Positions 55,759 to 63,473 of a stretch of 63,473 bases of DNA are shown piece by piece (position 1 is the stretch's first letter; each line of letters begins with the position of its first letter). Source of the DNA: an uncultured Pseudomonadales bacterium (GTDB taxonomy: Bacteria; Patescibacteriota; Microgenomatia; UBA1400; PJMF01); assembly GCA_964400865.1 (NCBI GenBank), contig CAYNWG010000002.1, positions 1-63,473 on the forward strand, in the 5' to 3' direction. Both the position numbers and the translations under genes were made by a program. The notes beneath the pieces were generated by a model. It was not told where the DNA came from. It worked only from the letters and a program-made list of their open reading frames with translations, and searched no databases.

Positions 55759-56263
55759 AATTAGCAAACAAATTGTCATAAAAACAACTCGCAAAAGCTG
55801 GGATGTTGCAACAGCTCCCTGGCGATTAAGTCTGCATACAATCAATGCCCTCGCTGATTTATTGGTTGAGAATTCAGATTATGATGTTAAGCGCAAACTA
55901 ATAGCAGAAGGATTAAGCGAGTTACATGCTATGTTTAAGGAATCGCATCGCAAGGTAGAACACCGAATGGCGGGTGAAACTGAAGTTTATACTATGAAAA
56001 TAAATGAAAGATACACAGTAATTTTCTATTTTAAAAAACAACTAGTTGGGTATAAAGTCAGTGTAGAAGAACGATTAGTTGCCGAGTATGGCAAGATTGA
56101 ATCTACATTGTTTGGACCGTTATTTCTTGCAGAGCACTTAGGCACCTTTCGTCCATATGTACATGGGGACAGGATCAGTCCCACTCATGAGCTATCCGAA
56201 AAACAAATGCTTAATCTTGTGGAATTGTTGCAGGATGTATTTAACGAGTTGGGTAGTACATAA
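55745..56263 (+). CDS. Hypothetical protein
   Basis: ORF. The ATG at 55745 (MKTLEISK) is preferred over the listed 55703 start. Confidence 0.4.
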   Translation: MKTLEISKQIVIKTTRKSWDVATAPWRLSLHTINALADLLVENSDYDVKRKLIAEGLSELHAMFKESHRKVEHRMAGETEVYTMKINERYTVIFYFKKQLVGYKVSVEERLVAEYGKIESTLFGPLFLAEHLGTFRPYVHGDRISPTHELSEKQMLNLVELLQDVFNELGST

Positions 56264-56264
56264 A

Positions 56265-56296
56265 ACAGCGCTCTTGGTATCAGCCAAGAGCGCTGT
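56265..56296. terminator. Bidirectional terminator hairpin between convergent genes
   Basis: acagcgctcttgg-tatcag-ccaagagcgctgt (13-bp stem), followed by tcttt on the plus strand and preceded by aaa. Confidence 0.7.
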
Positions 56297-56327
56297 TCTT
56301 TCACTCAATTGCTTTGAGTTGATCAGG

Positions 56328-56840
56328 TTATTCTTGACCAAATCCTTGACCAAGTCCTTGACCATGCATACCTCTACCTTTGCCACCACCCATTGAGCCT
56401 CTTTCAGGCATTACATCACTAAGATCAATACCGTTTGACTCTGCCCAACTATCAAGCGAGTCATGTTCGGCTTGACGTTTTGCTTGCCACTCTTCCTTTG
56501 TCATGGCTTCTTTGTTGGCAAAATCAGCCTCGTGTTGTGCTTGCAGTTCAGCATGTTTCGTAACAACTAACTGTTTTTGAGCTTCAGTTAATTTGCCCTC
56601 TGATACTGCAGCGCCCAATCGAGATTCAAACTCAGCTTCGCGAGTTTCTTGTTGTTCGGTTCTGTACTGATTGAATACTGTTTGAACTTCAGTTTCGCTT
56701 TTGCCAAAGGTTGTGGCTAATTTTTGAATCAGCACATCATGCTGACCTCCGCCGTTAAATGCCATGATTTGGTTAGCCCCATACATGGTGATAGCAGTGA
56801 CTGCCACTGCGGCGATGGGAAGTAAAAGCTTTGCTTTCAT
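56328..56840 (-). CDS. Secreted helical protein with Gly-rich C-terminal tail, downstream of the two-component system
   Basis: Signal peptide MKAKLLLPIAAVAVTAITMYG, charged helical repeats, tail GGGKGRGMHGQGLGQGFGQE. Confidence 0.55.
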   Translation of the reverse strand: MKAKLLLPIAAVAVTAITMYGANQIMAFNGGGQHDVLIQKLATTFGKSETEVQTVFNQYRTEQQETREAEFESRLGAAVSEGKLTEAQKQLVVTKHAELQAQHEADFANKEAMTKEEWQAKRQAEHDSLDSWAESNGIDLSDVMPERGSMGGGKGRGMHGQGLGQGFGQE

Positions 56841-56987
56841 AGATTTCCTTTCTGTATTTGTACTAAGAAAAGAATATACAGAACAAAGATAAGAATTTGC
56901 TGAGAATGGTTTAGTCTAAACCATCAAATAAAAAACAGTTGTTGTATTTCAATGGTAAAGATTTCCTCAAAAATTACCACTCGATGA

Positions 56988-58007
56988 TTAGCTCAAGGGA
57001 AGTTGGATGGTAAAGGTGCTACCAATACCAACAATTGAGCTGGCGCTCAGCTTACCGTGGTGTTGCAAAATAATCGACTCAGCAATTGATAAACCAAGCC
57101 CATAACCATCCGCAGCTTGTTTATTTCTGGATTGATCTGCTCGGTAAAAACGTTTAAATACGTGAGGTAAGTCTGCTTCAGCGATTCCAAGGCCTTGATC
57201 CTTGATTGATAGGTGGACCATTGATTTTGACGAGGTTACTGCAATTGTAACTTGTGATTTGCTTGGGCTATATTTGATGGCATTATCTACCAACGTCAGA
57301 ATTGCTTCTTTGAGCATACCTTGATTAGCTTTTACCAGTAACAATTTTTTTGGTTGTTTAATTACTAATGCAATTTGTTTCTTTTTGGCTAGTCCGGAAA
57401 TAGTTTTCAGTACCTCAGTCAGAATCGGTTGAAATGAAATCTCTTTCAGTTCAATTGGCTGACCTTCAATTTGAGCCAAATTAAGTAGTTGATGACTGAG
57501 TGATTCAAGCTGGATAACGTCAGTCAGATTTTCTTTCAAAATCTGTTTTGTTTCTTTTGATAAAGAATTATCAAGTAAATTCACTTCCATCGAAGTTTTT
57601 AAAGCAGTAATGGGCGTTCTGAGTTCATGGGCGGCGTCACCCACAAATTGTTTTTGGGCCTCGTGAGTTTGCTGAATGGGCTTGAGAGTTTTCCCGGTGA
57701 GCCAATAGCTGACGATTGAAAAGAAAGCAACAACAAATAAATTAATGCTGAGTAACTGCCAAACGATTTGCTCTTTGGCTTCGGTCAAGTCCTCAATTGT
57801 GATGTGTCTACCCATACCAGCGCCAGGTGGAGGGGGCATGCCAATCCACTCGCGCTCTATTCGCCGATTAATCCGTTCATATTCTGCGGAAATAACTTGA
57901 GTTGTTCTGAAATAAAATAGGACACTAATGCTGGCTGTAATTGCCACTACGGTACTAACATACCAAAAAGTAAGTTTAATCCGAGCTGATGCAAACAGTG
58001 GGTTCAT
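56988..58007 (-). CDS. Sensor histidine kinase
   Basis: Two TM segments, H-box AAHELRTPITAL, N-box DNAIKY, G-boxes DQGLGI and GYGLGLSI. Confidence 0.9.
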   Translation of the reverse strand: MNPLFASARIKLTFWYVSTVVAITASISVLFYFRTTQVISAEYERINRRIEREWIGMPPPPGAGMGRHITIEDLTEAKEQIVWQLLSINLFVVAFFSIVSYWLTGKTLKPIQQTHEAQKQFVGDAAHELRTPITALKTSMEVNLLDNSLSKETKQILKENLTDVIQLESLSHQLLNLAQIEGQPIELKEISFQPILTEVLKTISGLAKKKQIALVIKQPKKLLLVKANQGMLKEAILTLVDNAIKYSPSKSQVTIAVTSSKSMVHLSIKDQGLGIAEADLPHVFKRFYRADQSRNKQAADGYGLGLSIAESIILQHHGKLSASSIVGIGSTFTIQLPLS

Positions 58008-58678
58008 TTTTCTCCAAATTGATAGCCAAAACCTCTTACAGTTTTGAGTAGCGGTGGTGATTTAAAAGGCTGATCAATTTTCTTTCTCAAGTAACCAATG
58101 TAGACTTGAGCGGTATTAGGTAGCACATCACTATCATACGCCCAAACTTGTTGGGTAATTTGATCGATAGTAAGGACTTGGTCTTTATGGCGAGCAAAAA
58201 ATTCAAGCAATGCAAATTCTTTTTTAGATAAGGTGATGGGTTGTTTGGCCCGAATGACTTGAAAATTAGAGGTATCTATGGTCAAATCAGCAACTGTGAT
58301 TACTGCAGACTCGCGGGCTTTAGGCCGCCGGCCCAAAGCCCGCACCCTTGCCAACAGTTCGGTAAACGCAAATGGTTTACCCAAATAATCATCTGCGCCA
58401 GCCTCCAAACCTGTCACACGGTCTTCAACCTGAGTTTTTGCAGTCAATAACAAAATCGGAACATGGTTATTTTCATCACGGAGCTTTTTGATAACAGTAA
58501 TGCCATCAAGTTTTGGCAACATTCTATCCAAAATTATTACGTCGTACTTTTCTGAGGATGCTAGGTCATATCCAGCCTCGCCATCGTAAGCCAGATCAAC
58601 CACATGTGATTTTAATTCCAGACCCTTTTTGATATACGTTGCAATTCTGTGCTCATCCTCAACAACTAATAGTTTCAT
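58004..58678 (-). CDS. OmpR-family response regulator
   Basis: MKLLVVEDE, DVIILDRMLP, LLLTAK, winged helix LTLSKKEFALLEFF...VRGFGY. 4-nt overlap with the kinase gene. Confidence 0.92.
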   Translation of the reverse strand: MKLLVVEDEHRIATYIKKGLELKSHVVDLAYDGEAGYDLASSEKYDVIILDRMLPKLDGITVIKKLRDENNHVPILLLTAKTQVEDRVTGLEAGADDYLGKPFAFTELLARVRALGRRPKARESAVITVADLTIDTSNFQVIRAKQPITLSKKEFALLEFFARHKDQVLTIDQITQQVWAYDSDVLPNTAQVYIGYLRKKIDQPFKSPPLLKTVRGFGYQFGEK

Positions 58679-58738
58679 ATATTCCTATTGTAGTCCCGTA
58701 CCTGAGAAATAGTTGAGAAAAATAGAGTAATTGGTAAA

Positions 58739-59863
58739 CTAGTTGATCAGATGCGATTGCGCGCTCAACTTAAGAAGATTCATTTCTAAATTGCCGTCTT
58801 CTGTATCACTACCATGCACTAAATCTTGGCTAAATGGTGTTTCAGTTGAAAGTGCTCGAATTGTGGGAGCCCATTGTTCACGAATAGTAAGTTTCATATC
58901 TCTCGCGGATGATTGTCCACGTAACACTAATGCAGTAACTGGTCCAGTTGTCATGAAATTGCAGTACGCTTCACCCCAATCGTAGCCTGCCAAATCTTCC
59001 GACCACATCGCACCAGAAGTAGTTCGTGACAAACGTAATGTACGTTTACCAATAAGTGTATTCCGGGTCAGTTCCTGTATTTGATTTGAAAGATTGGTTT
59101 GGTCGCCTGGGTCCAATCTATCGAATTCTGGTTTTAAGAGCGCTACCGAAACATCATCTGTGGTTAAAAAAGTACCGTGTAAATCAAATGTTGGTTGACT
59201 TAAGACTTGTAATAATAGGCTTGACATCAGGGGGGAAGTAATACTTGCAGTATGCTGAGCGTCTACAAAAACAGTTTGTCCTCCCAATTCAAGATGCTGC
59301 TCCATTATTGATTCGACAGTTTGTAAATACCTCAACTCGTCAGCGTTTAGGGGTTTTTCGCCTCGGGCTACAACTCTTTTCATCATTTCTTGATCTGAAA
59401 TTCTTAGAAATAAGGTTAAGCTAGGAATTACTAATAATTTTGCTAAATTGAGGAGCCAATCGCTATCATCTTCACAAATTATTTTTGATTCCGTTCGTGA
59501 GGCCGCCAGTCTTGCAGATTGATACCCATAGAAAGAAAGTGGGCCTCTGTCAATTATTGAAACTTTTCCCCTGTCTTTTGCACCGACCACATCTTTTAGT
59601 TGCAGTAATAAATCTCCAGCTAAAATTAATGCATCTGCCTCTGGAGATGTACCTTTACCATCAAAGGAAAGGAATCTCTGCTCACGTATTTGCCTTCTCA
59701 TTAAATTGCCAGTTGCATAGCCAGAAAACTCTCCCTGCCTGAGAACATCTACACCTTTCTTCTTTAGTAGTCGACTCACGTTCGATTCTAAAGTCGATTT
59801 GCCAGTCGCATCTCTACCATCAAAAAAAATCGTATGTGGTTGGAAGTCAGTAGACCTTGTCAT
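58739..59863 (-). CDS. Fusion of thymidylate-kinase-like P-loop NMP kinase (N-terminal) and nucleoside-diphosphate-kinase-like domain (C-terminal)
   Basis: N-terminal half: IFFDGRDATGKST (compare EG.DG.GKST), IIDRGPLSFYGYQ (compare DR...S..AYQ), PSLTLFLRISDQEMMKRVVARGE. C-terminal half: VALLKPE, FMTTGPVTALVLRG, LVHGSDT (compare NxxHGSDS of NDK). Confidence 0.7.
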   Translation of the reverse strand: MTRSTDFQPHTIFFDGRDATGKSTLESNVSRLLKKKGVDVLRQGEFSGYATGNLMRRQIREQRFLSFDGKGTSPEADALILAGDLLLQLKDVVGAKDRGKVSIIDRGPLSFYGYQSARLAASRTESKIICEDDSDWLLNLAKLLVIPSLTLFLRISDQEMMKRVVARGEKPLNADELRYLQTVESIMEQHLELGGQTVFVDAQHTASITSPLMSSLLLQVLSQPTFDLHGTFLTTDDVSVALLKPEFDRLDPGDQTNLSNQIQELTRNTLIGKRTLRLSRTTSGAMWSEDLAGYDWGEAYCNFMTTGPVTALVLRGQSSARDMKLTIREQWAPTIRALSTETPFSQDLVHGSDTEDGNLEMNLLKLSAQSHLIN

Positions 59864-61113
59864 AATAATTCGTTTTTATTCAAAATTACTTTTTCAATAG
59901 CATCTGCATACATTTCGACTATTGAACGATCTTCTGAATTAACCCAGACTGGAATCTTTATTGCAGTAGCAAAAAACTTCTCAGCTACTGGAAAATCTCC
60001 AGGGTTATAACCAAATACATTTTGATACTGAGGGAATAACTCTCCTGGATTTTGGAATAGTGGTAGTAAGTTAAGCGGACAGGTGGAACCTGGCATATCG
60101 GCATCGACGCATCCCTCTGCTTTAATAGCTTGGTACATTTTCTCGACAGGAATATCTCCCAACTCTTTTTCATTAAAACGTATAATGTAGGCATACCATG
60201 CAGGATCCTCACCTTCTTGAACTTGAGGAACAGACACTTCACTATACTTACTCATTCTTTGCGACAAATAATTGGCATAGATATTTTTTTGTTGGTGCCA
60301 CTTTGAGAGTTGGCTTAATTGTTCGTTGGCAATGGCTATAGCTAGAGGGTGAGCTCTTAACTTCAAGCCCATTCCGGTTACCGAATATTTTGAGTAGGGG
60401 TGGTCTTTAGGGATTTCTTGAGCGCATCTTTTATTGTAATGTCCTAATAGTAGAGCTCGATAATATATTTCTTCGTCATCTGTAACAAGTATGCCACCTT
60501 CCCCTCCAGTGATAATTTTCTGACCTTGTAAACTCCAAGCAGCTGCAGAACCCCAGCTACCAAGCGGTTTATTTTGGAAATTTCCACCGTGTGCATGGCT
60601 GCAATCTTCGAGTAATTTCAAATTATGTTTACTACAAAATTCTTTGATACTAACCATATCGCATGCACGACCCCACATATGAGTAACCATCACTGCTTTT
60701 GTTTTTTCTGTAAGTTTTTTCTCTAGCTCAATTGGGTCGATGTTTCCATTTTCATTTTTTGCGTCACATAATACTGGAATAGCTCCAGTTTGAAGGATCG
60801 GAGTCACTGTGGCGTAAAAAGTGTAGGCTGGGCATAAAACTTCATCACCAGGTTTAAGACCAATTCCAACATACAGAGAGTGCAGCGCTGAAGTGCCAGA
60901 GCTAGTAACTAATGCAAATTTTTTACCGATTATTTTTGCAAACGTGTCTTCGAACTCCGCAAAAATACCAGAGCGATTGTATATTGAAACAGTTTCGTCA
61001 ATTTGATTTATCACTGCTGCTTTGGTTGCTTCCGTAACTACAGGCCAAGGAAAATGAGATTGTGGTGGATTCTTTAGCAATGGTTCACCGCCATTTATAG
61101 CTAGTTTTTTCAT
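59860..61113 (-). CDS. DegT/DnrJ/EryC1/StrS-family PLP-dependent aminotransferase (417 aa)
   Basis: LVTSSGTSALH, DEVLCPAYTFYAT, EDCSHAHG, SLQGQKIITGGEGGILVT (PLP Lys context). Confidence 0.88.
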   Translation of the reverse strand: MKKLAINGGEPLLKNPPQSHFPWPVVTEATKAAVINQIDETVSIYNRSGIFAEFEDTFAKIIGKKFALVTSSGTSALHSLYVGIGLKPGDEVLCPAYTFYATVTPILQTGAIPVLCDAKNENGNIDPIELEKKLTEKTKAVMVTHMWGRACDMVSIKEFCSKHNLKLLEDCSHAHGGNFQNKPLGSWGSAAAWSLQGQKIITGGEGGILVTDDEEIYYRALLLGHYNKRCAQEIPKDHPYSKYSVTGMGLKLRAHPLAIAIANEQLSQLSKWHQQKNIYANYLSQRMSKYSEVSVPQVQEGEDPAWYAYIIRFNEKELGDIPVEKMYQAIKAEGCVDADMPGSTCPLNLLPLFQNPGELFPQYQNVFGYNPGDFPVAEKFFATAIKIPVWVNSEDRSIVEMYADAIEKVILNKNELL

Positions 61114-62099
61114 AATTGTTTTATCTTGATTGATTTATTTGTACTGATTGATTGATAGCAAGCTTCAATAAATTTCATTGTATGCACATGTGTGTCGGCA
61201 GACAATTTACTTTCAGAATCGAAAAGTAAGACATTGGCAAAATGATCTATGGGTTTTTCTATATCAGTACTTATAAAAGATTCAATTTGTTCTCCATTGT
61301 TGTTTAGCAATCTGGCCTCATTCTTTTTTATTTCAACAATTCCACTGCTGCCGGTAATTTTTAACAGTTCGTCTTTTGGGCCACTATATCTAGATATTAT
61401 TAATGTGCCGTGAGCTTGTAGAGCTGATTCATAAGAAAAATGAATTGTGGCAGTATCCTCAGCTGTATAGTTGACAGTCGAGATCGCTTCAGTTGATGCG
61501 TGGGCAGCAATATGATCTGGCATTCCCAAAATGTTGGTAACCATATCGATTAGATGATAGCCCATATCCATTATGCAGCCACCGCCCGATATATCTTTCG
61601 ATCCCCTCCATCCAGATTCGGGATGTTCTATAAAAATTCTGTAATATCCTTCAATCAAAAATGGATTGCCAATTTTTGTTAAATATTCTTTTGCTTTTGC
61701 AATGTGCGGAAACAATCTTCTCTGAGCATTAATTAGTAATTTTAAATTGTGTTTAGTAGAAAAAGTAATTAGCTTTTTAAGATCGTTTGAGCAAAGTGCG
61801 ACCGGTTTTTCTTTAAATATATGCTTCTTATTTTGTAATGATTCCATAGTTGTAGAAAAATGATGATTGTGGGGAACTGCAATGACAACAGCATCGTACG
61901 GTATATTGGATCTTTCAAGATCTGACAATTTGTTAAAAATCGGTACATCTAGATATGTATCGGTAGTGAATGGGTCGACTATCGCAGATAAAGTTAAATA
62001 TGGATTGTTTTCTATTGCAGGCAAATGATCAGATTTGGTTTGACCTCCAAAACCTACAATTGCAACATTGATATTATTGTTAAGAAATTTATTTTGCAT
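61110..62099 (-). CDS. Gfo/Idh/MocA-family NAD(P)-dependent oxidoreductase
   Basis: N-terminal Rossmann VAIVGFGGQ, KHIFKEKPVA (EKP motif), C-terminal alpha/beta domain. Confidence 0.85.
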   Translation of the reverse strand: MQNKFLNNNINVAIVGFGGQTKSDHLPAIENNPYLTLSAIVDPFTTDTYLDVPIFNKLSDLERSNIPYDAVVIAVPHNHHFSTTMESLQNKKHIFKEKPVALCSNDLKKLITFSTKHNLKLLINAQRRLFPHIAKAKEYLTKIGNPFLIEGYYRIFIEHPESGWRGSKDISGGGCIMDMGYHLIDMVTNILGMPDHIAAHASTEAISTVNYTAEDTATIHFSYESALQAHGTLIISRYSGPKDELLKITGSSGIVEIKKNEARLLNNNGEQIESFISTDIEKPIDHFANVLLFDSESKLSADTHVHTMKFIEACYQSISTNKSIKIKQL

Positions 62100-62565
62100 A
62101 GTTAAATACAGATAAAACAGACTCTTTCATTTCTGATGTCATCTGAAACACATCATTCTGAATATCTATTCGCTGCGCCCATGTGTGAGAAGAGTGTTCT
62201 GACAAGTGAATATCTTCCATTTGGCTAGTGGGTGAAAAGATAAGGTTGATTTGCCTCGATTTACCTTTTTCAGTGTCATAATCAAAACCATGAACGATCA
62301 TGATCAGATCATCAGACACTACTCTGATCGATGTTTCTTCAAGCAGTTCACGAATAGCTGCATCAACCAAGCTTTCATCTGGCTCAACCAAGCCACCGGG
62401 TAATTCGTAATTATTCGGATAGGAATCATCTGCTTTTCTTTTTACTAGTAAAACTGAATTAGTATTAAATACAGCAATTCCTACTACAAACCTGGCGATT
62501 GAGTCGTTTTGACTTAATTTGAAAACCTCATTTTCTGATTTATATACATAACCGCTATGTATCAT
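62089..62565 (-). CDS. NUDIX hydrolase, first gene of the operon
   Basis: GGLVEPDESLVDAAIRELLEETS Nudix box. 11-nt overlap with the oxidoreductase gene. Confidence 0.85.
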   Translation of the reverse strand: MIHSGYVYKSENEVFKLSQNDSIARFVVGIAVFNTNSVLLVKRKADDSYPNNYELPGGLVEPDESLVDAAIRELLEETSIRVVSDDLIMIVHGFDYDTEKGKSRQINLIFSPTSQMEDIHLSEHSSHTWAQRIDIQNDVFQMTSEMKESVLSVFNYAK

Positions 62566-62571
62566 TTGTAA

Positions 62572-62577
62572 ATATTA
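62572..62577 (-). promoter_or_regulatory. -10-like TAATAT, 6 nt upstream of the ATG at 62565 (minus strand)
   Basis: The minus strand reads gagtaatat, then ttacaa, then ATG. No SD. Confidence 0.35.
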
Positions 62578-62742
62578 CTCTGATAAAGCAAGAATGTCAA
62601 TACCCTATATTAAATTTGTTATAGCAAGTAATCACCGTAATAGCAGATCGGAATGAAATGATTGTGACATGAATACTGATGTAAAAATAAATTAATATAA
62701 GCTTAATAACATATAACAGACGTATTCGAAAGATTGGATAGT

Positions 62743-62748
62743 ATAATT
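62743..62748 (+). promoter_or_regulatory. -10 TATAAT, 6 nt upstream of the ATG at 62755
   Basis: Read directly: tggatagtataat, then tttataa, then ATG. No SD. Confidence 0.4.
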
Positions 62749-62754
62749 TTATAA

Positions 62755-63306
62755 ATGGTCTCAAAAGTCAAACATACGCTGAAATTAGTTAACCAACCAT
62801 TTGGAAACCTGCGGTTTCGTGATAGAACAGCTCTGATTTTGTGTAGAGATGAATCTGGCAAGTTGTTGCTTGGTAGAGAAGATGGGTTTTATCCACCAGG
62901 CATATTTAGAATGATTGGTGGCGGGATTGATGAGGGTGAAGCTGTGATTGAGGGCACCATTAGAGAAGTGAAAGAAGAAATTGGTTTGGATGTGAGAAAA
63001 GATGACTTAATTGCAGTAGCTGAAGTTGAATTGGAGGGTTTGTATCATGAAAAAGTCTATGCCACAAAAATATTTGTATATTTTTTGAAGGTTATGTTGG
63101 CTGAGTGCGTGGCGAATGATGACGTTTCTGAACTGGTGAGTTGCACGGAAGATGAATATCGATCGCTGGTGGAGCGATTTTTTGAGTTGCGTGACGATCA
63201 TATCTATAAAAAAGACGGCTTTGAATTTTCTTGGGGAGATTATGGTAGAGCATATGGTTTTATACACAAACTAGCTTTGGATGAAGTTATCAAAAGAGGT
63301 TTATAA
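62755..63306 (+). CDS. NUDIX hydrolase (divergent from the operon)
   Basis: GGGIDEGEAVIEGTIREVKEEIG Nudix box. Confidence 0.85.
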   Translation: MVSKVKHTLKLVNQPFGNLRFRDRTALILCRDESGKLLLGREDGFYPPGIFRMIGGGIDEGEAVIEGTIREVKEEIGLDVRKDDLIAVAEVELEGLYHEKVYATKIFVYFLKVMLAECVANDDVSELVSCTEDEYRSLVERFFELRDDHIYKKDGFEFSWGDYGRAYGFIHKLALDEVIKRGL

Positions 63307-63339
63307 ATCAGGTCCCAGCCGTTACAATTACATCTAATT

Positions 63340-63473
63340 GTGAAACTAAGACGCTCATCGTTCTTGTTGGTTGGCATTCTTGTACTGGCTTCATTTTTGC
63401 GTCTATATAACATTGAAGCAAAAATGCGGTTTATTTGGGACGAGGGGAGAGATATGCTGGCGATTCGCCATAT
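63340..63473 (+). CDS. 5' end of a membrane protein, possibly ArnT/PMT-like GT-C glycosyltransferase (runs off the window)
   Basis: Open frame from the GTG at 63340: VKLRRSSFLLVGILVLASFLRLYNIEAKMRFIWDEGRDMLAIRH. The hydrophobic segment followed by RLYNI...DE resembles GT39/GT83 N-termini. TACAAT at 63323. Confidence 0.4.
   Translation, partial: MKLRRSSFLLVGILVLASFLRLYNIEAKMRFIWDEGRDMLAIRH

Noticed and set aside
1-63473. Alternative genetic code (UGA recoding, as in some CPR lineages), CRISPR arrays, rRNA genes, transposases
   Set aside because: Many well-supported genes end at TGA (for example at 5856..5858, and in the ATGA overlaps at 59860 and 61110) with conserved-length products. I saw no short direct-repeat/spacer arrays, rRNA signatures or transposase/integrase motifs while reading both strands.

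Overview
A compact, gene-dense bacterial window with about 38-40% G+C by hand count of sample lines. Genes are short, many overlap by 4 nt, and many products are secreted Pro/Thr-linker proteins. This is consistent with, but does not prove, a Candidate Phyla Radiation / Patescibacteria-type genome. TGA is an ordinary stop codon here. Housekeeping content: 3' part of pnp, an expanded SUF Fe-S assembly region (sufC, sufB, short sufD, sufS, sufU, DUF59/SufT plus an FNR-like reductase, a ferredoxin and DsbA), rpiB, an rpe-like gene, LOG, a PfkB kinase, UDG family 4, an IMPase-family protein, RNase J, FtsK, an ABC-2 exporter, ComF, Dus, an OmpR/HK two-component pair and a glycosylation cluster. RNA genes not shown by the ORF track: tmRNA (ssrA, minus strand, 44502..44923) and tRNA-Val(CAC) (minus strand, 47374..47447). 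No rRNA, CRISPR array, transposase or integrase was seen. Leads, strongest first. (1) A translationally coupled minus-strand operon, Nudix / Gfo-Idh-MocA dehydrogenase / DegT aminotransferase / fused TMK-like~NDK-like kinase (58739..62565). Its enzyme set resembles the Pur10/Pur4/Pur7 aminonucleoside core plus nucleotide kinases. (2) A single high-GC, SD-bearing secreted gene (38925..40820) that looks horizontally acquired. (3) Two dockerin-bearing polysaccharide-active enzymes. (4) The suf operon is interrupted by a Nudix gene and two large surface-protein genes, and only a 158-aa SufD remains. (5) An ~85-nt palindrome-containing element is present twice, with its hairpin core and flank in opposite relative orientation. 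(6) A -10 box recurs 6-8 nt upstream of start codons, suggesting leaderless mRNAs. All functional calls come from motif recognition by eye; no database search was run.
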